A stretch of DNA of 32,000 nt, taken from Planctopirus limnophila DSM 3776. GTDB taxonomy: Bacteria; Planctomycetota; Planctomycetia; Planctomycetales; Planctomycetaceae. Location of the stretch: contig NC_014148.1 of the NCBI RefSeq assembly GCF_000092105.1, positions 3,510,001 through 3,542,000 of the forward strand, given 5' to 3'. This document shows, piece after piece, positions 8,152 to 16,347 of this stretch. The notes under the pieces are model-generated. The model was not told the origin of the DNA. It did no database searches and was given only the letters and a program-made list of their open reading frames with translations. How positions within the stretch are numbered: the stretch's first letter is position 1; the number at the start of each line of letters is the position of its first letter. The translations under genes and the position numbers were made by a program.

Positions 8152-8295
8152 TTAAGCCGCTGGAAAAGGAACGGAAATTACGGCTTCAGGGATGATAAGG
8201 TTCGCTGGCCAACCAATGACCTGATCGCAAAGACATCACTGAGTATTTTAAGCAGCATCTGAAACCAAGTTGGCAGAATGATCGGGAGGAACGGC

Positions 8296-10212
8296 ATGGC
8301 TCTGGGAAACATCGGTATCGGTCGAATGCCGAACAGCCTGCTCTACAGCAATGCCAATCGCGATCTGCAAACAGGCACCAGTTTGATCTCGCGTTTGCAG
8401 CAGCAGATCAATACTCAGCAGAAATACAATCTCCTTTCAGAGAATCCTACCGCCACACGCCAGACTTCGTCTTTGCAATCGTTGTTAGAGCGAGTTCAAG
8501 GGGTTCGCAGCCAGCATACTTACAATCAGGGATTTCTGAGTGCGGCCGACAATGCCCTGGGTGCTGTGAATGATGTGGTCGTGCAAGCAAAAGGAATTTT
8601 GCAGACAGGGATTGGCTCGACATCGACGCCGGAAGAAAAAATCGGCCTCGCAAATGAAGTCGCCACATTGATTCAAAGTGCTCTGAACTCAGCCAATACG
8701 CAGTATCAGGATCGTTTTTTATTCAGCGGTACAGCCACTGGAGTTTCTCCCTTCGATCGTACCGGCGACACGGTGATTTATCGTGGAAATTCGGGAGAAG
8801 TCAAAGCCTTTGTGGATGTCAATCAACTGGTTTCGACATCCCTCTCCGGAATTGATGCCTTTGGTGGCATCTCACAACCGAATGTCACTGCACTTTCACC
8901 AGCGCTCGAACTGACGACCCCGCTCTCGGCACTGAAAAATGGGGCCGGCGTGAATCTGTCTTCGCTGACAGTGACTGTCGACAACGGGACTCCCATTGAG
9001 AAGACGATCGATTTAAGTACCGCTGTCACCATTGGCGATCTCAAGACCCGCATCGAAGCCGCCTTTGCGGGAGAAGCCGAGACCGTGACGGTGGATATTG
9101 ATCCTCTCAGTCCTGGCGGGCTCCGAATTACACCCTCCAATGGTACGGTAGCAATCGCAAATAGCGGCAGTGGCACGACAGCCACACAATTACGATTGGC
9201 GACAGGCCCTGTCGCTGTGGCTCAGGGGGGAAGCCTCGAACCAACCGTCACTCTTTCGACCAGTGTGGCGGCCCTTAATGGAGGTGCGGGAATTGGTGCG
9301 ACCGCAGGAACTGGTCTGCGGATTGTGAATGGAGAGACCACCACGATTGTCGATCTCGATGGTGCTACGACCGTACAACAGGTGTTGCAGCGAATTCGAG
9401 CGGCTGACCCGAATGTCTCTGCAGAAATCGATCCAGCCGGTCGCGGCCTGATTGTCGGAACTCGACTGAGTGGCGTGAATTTCTCGATCGGAGAGAATGG
9501 CGGCACCAATGCGACAGGCCTGGGGCTGAGAACATTCACTGGCGAGACATCGCTTTCGCAGCTCAATCTGGGCAAAGGAGTCGTCTTTACACCCGGCTCG
9601 CCAATCAGCATCACCCGCCGGGATGGAACGACTACGAACATCGATCTCTCGTCGGCCACTACCATTCAGGATGTGCTCAATCTCTTCAATGCGGCTGACC
9701 CGGGTGTATTTACTGCGAGCCTGAATGCAGTTGGTAATGGTATCTCTTTGACCGATTCATCGGGAGCCGGGCCACTGACTGTCGCTGCCACCGAGAGTGC
9801 CATCGCTTTAGGGATTGACGGAACCGAAAACACAGGCGCAACCGGTGTACTGACTGGAGATGACTTGAATCCTCAGCGAACAGGTGGTGTGTTCGATTTG
9901 CTGATCTCTCTCGAAAACGCACTCCGCTCAAATGATAATGTTGAGCTGGCGAGACTCTCGCCTTTACTTGAGAAAGCCTCGGGCCAGATCACGATATCTC
10001 GGACAGAAATTGGTACAAGGCAACAGTTGATCGATGAAGTGGGGAATCGACTCGATGACCAGAACCTGCTGACCAAAGAGACGTTATCAAACATCTTTGA
10101 CACAGACCTGACTGAAGCTGCGACACAACTTCTGCAACTCCGGCAAGTTTACGAAGCTTCCATGCAACTCACGGCTCAGACGCTGCAGTTAAGCATTCTC
10201 AACTATCTTTAA
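8296..10212 (+). CDS. flgL: Flagellar hook-associated protein 3 FlgL (long form with triplicated central module)
   Basis: ORF 8278..10212. The ATG at 8296 is preceded by GGGAGGA. The N-terminus is flagellin-like (RMPNSLLYSNANRDLQTGTSLISRLQQQINTQQKYNLLSENPTA) and so is the C-terminus (TDLTEAATQLLQLRQVYEASMQLTAQTLQLSILNYL). It follows flgK. Confidence 0.8.
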   Translation: MALGNIGIGRMPNSLLYSNANRDLQTGTSLISRLQQQINTQQKYNLLSENPTATRQTSSLQSLLERVQGVRSQHTYNQGFLSAADNALGAVNDVVVQAKGILQTGIGSTSTPEEKIGLANEVATLIQSALNSANTQYQDRFLFSGTATGVSPFDRTGDTVIYRGNSGEVKAFVDVNQLVSTSLSGIDAFGGISQPNVTALSPALELTTPLSALKNGAGVNLSSLTVTVDNGTPIEKTIDLSTAVTIGDLKTRIEAAFAGEAETVTVDIDPLSPGGLRITPSNGTVAIANSGSGTTATQLRLATGPVAVAQGGSLEPTVTLSTSVAALNGGAGIGATAGTGLRIVNGETTTIVDLDGATTVQQVLQRIRAADPNVSAEIDPAGRGLIVGTRLSGVNFSIGENGGTNATGLGLRTFTGETSLSQLNLGKGVVFTPGSPISITRRDGTTTNIDLSSATTIQDVLNLFNAADPGVFTASLNAVGNGISLTDSSGAGPLTVAATESAIALGIDGTENTGATGVLTGDDLNPQRTGGVFDLLISLENALRSNDNVELARLSPLLEKASGQITISRTEIGTRQQLIDEVGNRLDDQNLLTKETLSNIFDTDLTEAATQLLQLRQVYEASMQLTAQTLQLSILNYL

Positions 10213-10263
10213 GAGATGAGTCTCTGTGGCTGCTGAACATCACGCAAGAGGACTCTCACCCTG

Positions 10264-10291
10264 CCCTCTCCTACGAAGACTTGGGAGAGGG
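10264..10291. terminator. Hairpin in the convergent flgL / oxidoreductase gap (possible terminator)
   Basis: CCCTCTCC-tacgaagacttg-GGAGAGGG, an 8-bp stem 52 nt after the flgL stop. The U-tract is weak (TTCC). Confidence 0.3.
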
Positions 10292-10398
10292 TTCCAGAGG
10301 GGTACGAGATGTGGAGTTGAGAGTAAAGGACAGCCCACAGCCGTAAGCATGGCCCCTACCGGAATGCTAATGATCCCACCTGCCATCACTCGTGGGTA

Positions 10399-11646
10399 TT
10401 AAAAGCGTGTGACGGCGTACGGTTTGGGGTCGATGTGGGGCTTTTCACCGGTAATCATCTCGGCAATCAACTTGCCAGTGCTGGAGGCCAGCGAGATTCC
10501 GAGCATGCTGTGTCCTGTCGCAAGCCAGCCACCACGCACCTTAGGGGTTGGCCCGATGATTGGCACACTGTCGTAAGTCATAGGTCGCCAGCCCCACCAG
10601 GGCTCTTCTTCCTGCTGGCCTACAGGATCTTTGAGATACAGCTTGGCTCCCTCTGTCAGGAGCTTGAGGCGGCGGGGATTAATGGTGGTGTCGTAACCGG
10701 CGAATTCCATGGTTGAGCCGATCCGATAGCCCGTTTGAAAAGGTGTGATGGCGACACGGTGATCATGGAAGATCAACGGGACGCGCGGGCAGACGGCGGG
10801 CCTTTGCATGGTAATCGACAAGCCCTTCCCCGGCTGAACGGGGATCGAGCATTTGAGCGCCTTCTGGAACATGGGCGAGAGGGCACCAGCGGCCAGGACA
10901 ACATGTTTTGCCTCGATTTCCCCCTGGCTGGTTTTGACCGAGCGAACTTGTCCAGCTTCGGTCACGATCTCTTCGACCTTGGTGCCTTCGAGCAGTGAAA
11001 CGCCCTGATTCATTAAGTTCGAACGCATCTGGCTCATCAACCTCTCAGGATGCAGATGGGCATCGCATTCATAGAGGAAGGCTCCAGTGTTCCCCGGTTT
11101 GAGAGCGGGTTCAAATTCCATCAAAGCTTCATCGCCAATAATGCGACGAGAAGGCCGATCAAATTTTTCGGCCAGCATGTCATCCGTCTTGCAGAAGGCT
11201 TCAAACTCAGAGGCTTTTCGATAGACGAAGAGAATGCCATCGTTCTGCCATTCGCACTCGATACCATCTTCCGCAAGGACCGTTTTGTATTCGTCAAATG
11301 AGGATCGCAGGATGGTGTTGAGTGCCAGACCGGCGGCCATCATGTCCTTCTCATTGCAGCGGCGGGCAAAGTTGGTCAGCCAGCCCAGCAGAGGCAGGTC
11401 AAGCCTGGGACGGATGTGGAATGGAGAATCGGGGGTCGTCATCGACTTAAGTGTCTTCAGCAGAACACCGGGCTCTGCCAGGGGAAGGACATGGCTGGGA
11501 CTGACATATCCGCAGTTCCCTTTGGAGCAGAAGCCCCCAATGGTCCCCTGCTCGACAACTGTTACAGAGAGATTCTTTTTGGCGAGATAACGTGCACACA
11601 TGGCCCCGACAACGCCACCACCAACGACCACAACATCAACTGCCAC
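10399..11646 (-). CDS. FAD-dependent oxidoreductase, D-amino-acid dehydrogenase (DadA) family; putative D-hydroxyproline dehydrogenase
   Basis: ORF 10399..11784. A Rossmann dinucleotide motif (VDVVVVGGGVVGAMCARYLAKKNLSVTVVEQ) sits at the N-terminus. A GTG at 11646 preceded by AGGGGA puts the motif 3 residues from the start, as in DadA. The overall layout resembles DadA-type dehydrogenases. It is the last gene of the Hyp-type cluster. The start is uncertain (11646 vs 11709 vs 11784). Confidence 0.8.
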   Translation of the reverse strand: MAVDVVVVGGGVVGAMCARYLAKKNLSVTVVEQGTIGGFCSKGNCGYVSPSHVLPLAEPGVLLKTLKSMTTPDSPFHIRPRLDLPLLGWLTNFARRCNEKDMMAAGLALNTILRSSFDEYKTVLAEDGIECEWQNDGILFVYRKASEFEAFCKTDDMLAEKFDRPSRRIIGDEALMEFEPALKPGNTGAFLYECDAHLHPERLMSQMRSNLMNQGVSLLEGTKVEEIVTEAGQVRSVKTSQGEIEAKHVVLAAGALSPMFQKALKCSIPVQPGKGLSITMQRPAVCPRVPLIFHDHRVAITPFQTGYRIGSTMEFAGYDTTINPRRLKLLTEGAKLYLKDPVGQQEEEPWWGWRPMTYDSVPIIGPTPKVRGGWLATGHSMLGISLASSTGKLIAEMITGEKPHIDPKPYAVTRF

Positions 11647-11916
11647 GAAGTATCCCCTGATCTCGAAGTTGTTCCTGCACTTACGAATTGCTCGTGTTCT
11701 CGAAATCATCCATGTCGCCAGATCTATCAAGGCCGGGGCGCGAGGCCAGATTGAGGGCGATAGCGATCTCTCTTGAACAAACACATCCTGCTAAATGATA
11801 GCAGGTCTGCCCACCTCTGGAGCATGACAAGAGACTCGAATGAAAAAATCGAACTGACTTGCTGTACGTCAGTAACCATTTCTTGACACGCACCTCTACC
11901 ACCAGCTTTGTGACAG

Positions 11917-12996
11917 TTATTGGGGCGGCAATATCCCCCAGCGGAATGGATCCGCTTCATCGATCTGGAGCGTGGACACTCCTGTCACATAAGCCTCACC
12001 AGTCAACTGTGGCAGCACTTCCAAGCCCCTCTCGCCTTCTCGAATTGAAAGGGCTTTGGCCTGAAAACAGCTTCCCACAATGCTTTTCTGTCGCCAGAGG
12101 CCCCCTTCGGCCACTTTTCCATCAGCCACAAGGCAAGCCAGTTTGGCACTGGTCCCTGTACCGCAAGGTGAACGATCATAGGCACCACCAGGGCAGAGCA
12201 CAAAGTTCTGGCTGTCAGCAATACTCGAATCGCAACTGGCAAATAATTCAACGTGGTCGATTTCTGCGCCTTGGGCTCCAGCGATCCCCTGTCGCCCAAG
12301 TTCGCTGCGAATCTGCGATGTATAGGCCAGCAAGTCTGACAGATTCCCCAGATCGAGTGACTTCTGGTGAACCTCTTCGCCTATCAGAAAGAACCAGTTG
12401 CCACCCCAGGCAATATCTCCCGTGACAACTCCCAACCCAGGTACAGAGAGCGAGACGGCATGTCGATATCGATAGCTCCAGACGTTCGTCAAAGTGACTG
12501 AAGCACTACCGCTCCACGTCGCTGCAATCGACCCGACAGGTGTATCAATCGTCACTGGGCCGGGAGCAATCAGCCCCATCTGTCCCAGTGAGACGATGAC
12601 ACCAATCATCCCGTGGCCACACATGCCGAGATAGCCGGTGTTATTGCAGAAAACCACACCCGCTTGAGACGAGGCATGCTCAGGTGGTGTCAAAATGGCA
12701 CCGACGAGAACATCCGAGCCACGCGGTTCAAGCAGGCTGGCAGTTCTCAGCCAGTCGGCTTCCGTCTCCAGAAACTGCCGTCTCTCGGACATCGTTTTCG
12801 GCAGGATTAACGATGAACGATCGATCGCCTTTCGCAAGCCGCTCAATACCGATGGTGATGGCGACTCTTGAGAGGTTAGCGCGCCCTCCCGGCTGCCGGC
12901 GAAAGGCCAGTGCTGACCGTCATAGATCAGCCGTGTAGGTTCACCACCCGTGTGGCTATCGACAACCTGAATCCACTGCCTGGGAATGTATGTCAC
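11917..12996 (-). CDS. Proline racemase family enzyme, 4-hydroxyproline 2-epimerase-like
   Basis: Motifs seen: VVDSHTGGEPTRL, LEPRGSDVLVGA, NNTGYLGMCGHG (first catalytic Cys), GDIAWGGNWFF, IDHVELF, and NFVLCPGGAYDRSPCGTGTSAKLACL (second catalytic Cys). Both Cys are present, so it is a racemase/epimerase rather than a dehydratase. Confidence 0.85.
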   Translation of the reverse strand: MTYIPRQWIQVVDSHTGGEPTRLIYDGQHWPFAGSREGALTSQESPSPSVLSGLRKAIDRSSLILPKTMSERRQFLETEADWLRTASLLEPRGSDVLVGAILTPPEHASSQAGVVFCNNTGYLGMCGHGMIGVIVSLGQMGLIAPGPVTIDTPVGSIAATWSGSASVTLTNVWSYRYRHAVSLSVPGLGVVTGDIAWGGNWFFLIGEEVHQKSLDLGNLSDLLAYTSQIRSELGRQGIAGAQGAEIDHVELFASCDSSIADSQNFVLCPGGAYDRSPCGTGTSAKLACLVADGKVAEGGLWRQKSIVGSCFQAKALSIREGERGLEVLPQLTGEAYVTGVSTLQIDEADPFRWGILPPQ

Positions 12997-13009
12997 TTTG
13001 AATGTTCAC

Positions 13010-13924
13010 TCAATTGGCAGTGGAAGAAAGGAGGGCGTCCAACTGAGGGCGGTTGGCAATCGCATCGCGAATCAACTTCGTAATGCGTGTGCGCTCTTCA
13101 CCCACCAGCGGCAAGCGAGGTGGACGGGTCAATTCACTGCCATATCCCACTTCCGCCATGCAGAGCTTGATATACTGAACGAGCTTGGTGTGCGTATCGA
13201 GGTGCAGCAGTGGGGTGTACCAGCGGTAGATATCGAGAGCTTCCTGCCACCGACCAGCCGTGGCCAGTTCCCACAGTGCACGGTTTTCCGCAGGAAAGGC
13301 GTTGACCAGGCCAGAAACCCAACCTTCAGCCCCCAGCAGAATACTTTCGAGCGCCAGGTCGTCTACACCCGAAAGGAGCGTGTAGCGATTTCCCAGAAGA
13401 TTGCGGATATCGGTGATCCTGCGGACGTTATCTGAAGATTCCTTGACTGCGACAAATTTGGGTTCATCAGCCAGTTCCTGCAGCATGGCAGGAGTCACAT
13501 CGACAGTGTAGGCCACTGGATTATTGTAAATCATAATCGGGAGAGACGAAGCCTTAGCCACTTCACGAAAGTGAGTCATGGCTTCGCGGGCATCGGCTTT
13601 ATAGACCATACAAGGGAGCACCATCAGCCCGTTAGCACCCAGCTTTTCAGCATCAGCAGCGTAGCGGCAAGCCAGTGCTGTCGTGTACTCGGCCACACCA
13701 CTGAGAACCGGCACGCGTCCAGCCACATGCTCGACGACGCTCTTGAGCACTTCCCGCTTTTCATGCGGCTCCAGGGCGGTGTTTTCCCCAACACTCCCCA
13801 GCATGATCAAGCCATGCACACCTTCATCAATCAGCACATCAACATGCTTGAGGGTAGCTTCGATATCGACAGAGAAATCTGCATGAAACTGAGTCGTCAC
13901 CGCAGGATAGACGCCGTGCCACAT
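13010..13924 (-). CDS. DapA/DHDPS-family lyase; putative Delta1-pyrroline-4-hydroxy-2-carboxylate deaminase
   Basis: ORF 13010..14008. From the internal ATG at 13924 it begins MWHGVYPAVTTQF, the usual DapA-family N-terminus. Other motifs are GLIMLGSVGENTAL, IMIYNNP, and the Schiff-base lysine context FVAVKESS. The functional suggestion comes from its position next to the Hyp epimerase and FAD dehydrogenase. Confidence 0.78.
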   Translation of the reverse strand: MWHGVYPAVTTQFHADFSVDIEATLKHVDVLIDEGVHGLIMLGSVGENTALEPHEKREVLKSVVEHVAGRVPVLSGVAEYTTALACRYAADAEKLGANGLMVLPCMVYKADAREAMTHFREVAKASSLPIMIYNNPVAYTVDVTPAMLQELADEPKFVAVKESSDNVRRITDIRNLLGNRYTLLSGVDDLALESILLGAEGWVSGLVNAFPAENRALWELATAGRWQEALDIYRWYTPLLHLDTHTKLVQYIKLCMAEVGYGSELTRPPRLPLVGEERTRITKLIRDAIANRPQLDALLSSTAN

Positions 13925-14053
13925 AACGAAACCTTGCCTCGGAAATGTTTTGATGTTGGGTGCAAAAATCAACTTCAGTAGAGTAAGCATCCTGAAAAGT
14001 GTTGTCAAACTGGAATTTTCAAAATCCGTGGTGTGAGCTTTTGGAAGCTGCGT

Positions 14054-15241
14054 CTAGAGAATCTGCCCCTCTTCAACACAGACCCGGCGAATGGCTGTTT
14101 CATCAACCGTGATCCCCAAGCCAGGACCATGGAGCCTGGGTGCCCAACCGCCGCGTCCGAAGGTGAGGTCTTCTTTTGACAGAGGTTCTTTGACGAGAAA
14201 TCGATCAAAGCTCCCTTCATGATGCCGAATTCCTCCGACGGCCGTGGCGAACTGCCGGCCTGCTGCGGAGAGAATCCCTGTCTCACCCACCTGGCAACCC
14301 AACTGATAGCCGAGTCCATGTTTGCTCGCAAAAGCTGCCATTTCGAGTGAGGGCAGAAAGCCGCCGCATTTGGAAAGCCGCAGGTTGAACAGATCACAGG
14401 TTCCATCACTCAACGCACGCCGGGCATCTTCGAGGCTGCAAACCGATTCATCGAGCATAATGGGGACGGAAATGCGTCTTCTCAGATGGCTTAACGCCTG
14501 CACATGCTCATGAGCCACAGGTTGCTCGCACGACGTGATCCCGAGATTGGACAAGCGCTCCAGACGTTCTTCCAACTGGTCGGGAAGCCAGGCTTCGTTG
14601 GCATCGATCCGCAAATCAAAACTTTCTCCTAACAATCGACGAACCCATCTCGCCTGCTGAACATCATCACGGCCCGCAATGCCAACCTTCAGTTTCCCGG
14701 CAGCAAACTGGTAGTACCGCAGTTTGGCACAACGAATCATCAATTTAGGAAGATTCATCGACGTGAAAACGGCACTGTACCGGATTCGCTCTGGCTGGAT
14801 CACAGGCTTAGGCACGCCATCGATTTTCGCCAGCTCGGCGATTCTCCAGAGTGGTTCGCCCGCTTTTCGGAACGCCGCATCGAGTAAGGCCAACTCAACC
14901 GCACAGCGCATCGAATTACCGAAACAATGGCGATCATCATCCGGGCGGCCAATGGTCAGCGAGCGGCACAGTGCCATGGCTTCGGCCAGATCTTTCCAGC
15001 CACCACGCAATTGCCTCTCCACCTGGGACTCGCGCAGAAGTGGCCACAGATCGTCCACTGTCTCGCCGGTCACATACTTTCGAGGCAGACCTTCCCCCCA
15101 GCCGGTTTCGCCACTCTTCAACTGGCAGCGAACAATGACAGACAACGTTTCCGTCCGTGAATGCGAAGCGTGTGTGATCTTCCGCTTGAGGGGAATTCGC
15201 ACAATCCAGGCATGCAGGCTGGCAATGGTCATGCGTGACAA
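14054..15241 (-). CDS. Enolase-superfamily enzyme, muconate-lactonizing-enzyme (MLE) subgroup; substrate unknown
   Basis: It carries a KxK motif (GKLKVG), metal ligands in LRIDANEAW / SCEQP / IMLDES, and a second catalytic Lys in FNLRLSKCGG. This K-x-K plus Lys arrangement is the MLE-subgroup signature, not the His/Asp dyad of the mandelate racemase subgroup. It is the first gene of the same-strand cluster. Confidence 0.78.
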   Translation of the reverse strand: MSRMTIASLHAWIVRIPLKRKITHASHSRTETLSVIVRCQLKSGETGWGEGLPRKYVTGETVDDLWPLLRESQVERQLRGGWKDLAEAMALCRSLTIGRPDDDRHCFGNSMRCAVELALLDAAFRKAGEPLWRIAELAKIDGVPKPVIQPERIRYSAVFTSMNLPKLMIRCAKLRYYQFAAGKLKVGIAGRDDVQQARWVRRLLGESFDLRIDANEAWLPDQLEERLERLSNLGITSCEQPVAHEHVQALSHLRRRISVPIMLDESVCSLEDARRALSDGTCDLFNLRLSKCGGFLPSLEMAAFASKHGLGYQLGCQVGETGILSAAGRQFATAVGGIRHHEGSFDRFLVKEPLSKEDLTFGRGGWAPRLHGPGLGITVDETAIRRVCVEEGQIL

Positions 15242-15336
15242 TTCATAAAATTCATTGATCCAGGTAAAGACAGAAAGAATTCAATCAAACCGTCAATTCA
15301 GTTGGAATGCTGAGTGTCGCTTAAAGTATCAGCGGG

Positions 15337-15369
15337 CATGCTTGCTCAGAGCCGCCGCAAGCATGGCAC
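15337..15369 (+). repeat. Conserved GC-rich hairpin element, copy B (CATGCTTGC-tcagagccgcc-GCAAGCATG-GCAC)
   Basis: A perfect 9-bp stem with an 11-nt loop, in the 170-nt gap between the beta-CA stop (15412) and the enolase-family start (15241). Confidence 0.7.
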
Positions 15370-15411
15370 GAAACTGAACCTCAGGAAGCGACCATGTGCG
15401 AGGCTGAACCA

Positions 15412-16347
15412 CTACAGCTTCATTGTCAAGCGGCAGCTATCACGCTCTTCATCCGGCAGATTGAACAGCGCTTCGACCACTTCACTCGAATACTGAGACA
15501 GCTCTTCGGGAGATGTCGGGGCATCGCGTAATTGAGGTGCTGCCCCTGATTCCAGTGGCAAAGCTTGAACACGCAGCGAATCGAAATCGTAAATGCCAAA
15601 CTTGACCTGTGGTGGATTCTTGACTCGCAGTTTGAGTTCCCTCTGCAGTTCAAGAGCCGTAATGGAACTATTGATGTACGACGTCACAGCCACAAGGAAC
15701 GATCGATGGAGTTCCGGGTTGTGCTGGAAGATCGGTGAGTACTGCTCGAGCGTACGAGCTGCACCGCGGACAGCAATCTGAATCTGATCGACCAGTGTTC
15801 GTAATGGAAACGTGTAAGCAATATCGGCATACCCTTCTGGTGAAAGATACGTATCGACCGCAGCCGTAACGGCTCCACATTTGGAATGCCCCATCACGAC
15901 GACCACCTTCAGGCTTTCGCCCAGGGCTTTCACCGCATAATGCAAAGATCCCAGGCATTCAGACCCCAGGACGTTCCCGGCAATGCGTAGCACGAACAGA
16001 TCATTGAAAGACTGATCGAAAATCTGCTCGGTCGGCACGCGGGCATCGGAACAACCCAGCACCACAGCAAAAGGAGCCTGAGTCAACACAGCTCCTTCGA
16101 ACAAGGGCAGCCCCATTGCCACAGGGCTGATGGGCATGACAATAGGATCTTTAAGGGAAGGATCCAGTGTGTGCTTCTGCATCTGCCGCACGAATTGTAT
16201 GAACCGTGAATTCCCTTCGAGCAGATGATTGACCGCGGCTTCGGTGGTAGGAATCTGCCGTGGAGTCACGGGTGCATATGGGTCATACCGATAAATCAAA
16301 TCCATTTTCAAAACTTTCCGGGGAGGTGATGAATGACATCCCTGCAT
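15412..16347 (-). CDS. Beta-class carbonic anhydrase (extended, 311 aa)
   Basis: Motifs seen: LLEGNSRF, VLGCSDARVP (Zn Cys plus the Asp/Arg dyad), and VVVMGHSKCGAV (Zn His and Cys). The ATG at 16345-16347 overlaps the stop of the upstream bestrophin gene (TAATG). An alternative ATG is at 16305. Confidence 0.85.
   Translation of the reverse strand: MQGCHSSPPRKVLKMDLIYRYDPYAPVTPRQIPTTEAAVNHLLEGNSRFIQFVRQMQKHTLDPSLKDPIVMPISPVAMGLPLFEGAVLTQAPFAVVLGCSDARVPTEQIFDQSFNDLFVLRIAGNVLGSECLGSLHYAVKALGESLKVVVVMGHSKCGAVTAAVDTYLSPEGYADIAYTFPLRTLVDQIQIAVRGAARTLEQYSPIFQHNPELHRSFLVAVTSYINSSITALELQRELKLRVKNPPQVKFGIYDFDSLRVQALPLESGAAPQLRDAPTSPEELSQYSSEVVEALFNLPDEERDSCRLTMKL

Noticed and set aside
8146-8160. Sigma-54-like promoter TGGCAC-N5-CCGC upstream of flgL
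   Set aside because: The TGGCAC is the 3' arm and tail (..GCATG-GCAC) of the conserved hairpin element, which recurs at 15337 and 22024. In those copies the downstream -12 GC is absent (TGAA, GTAG). The match is most likely a by-product of the repeat, although a real promoter cannot be excluded without TSS data.
13925-14008. Longer start for the DapA-family gene (MTTLFRMLTLLKLIFAPNIKTFPRQGFV…)
   Set aside because: The extra 28 residues are hydrophobic and unlike family N-termini. ATG 13924 gives the usual MxxGVxPAxxT beginning and a ~304-aa protein.
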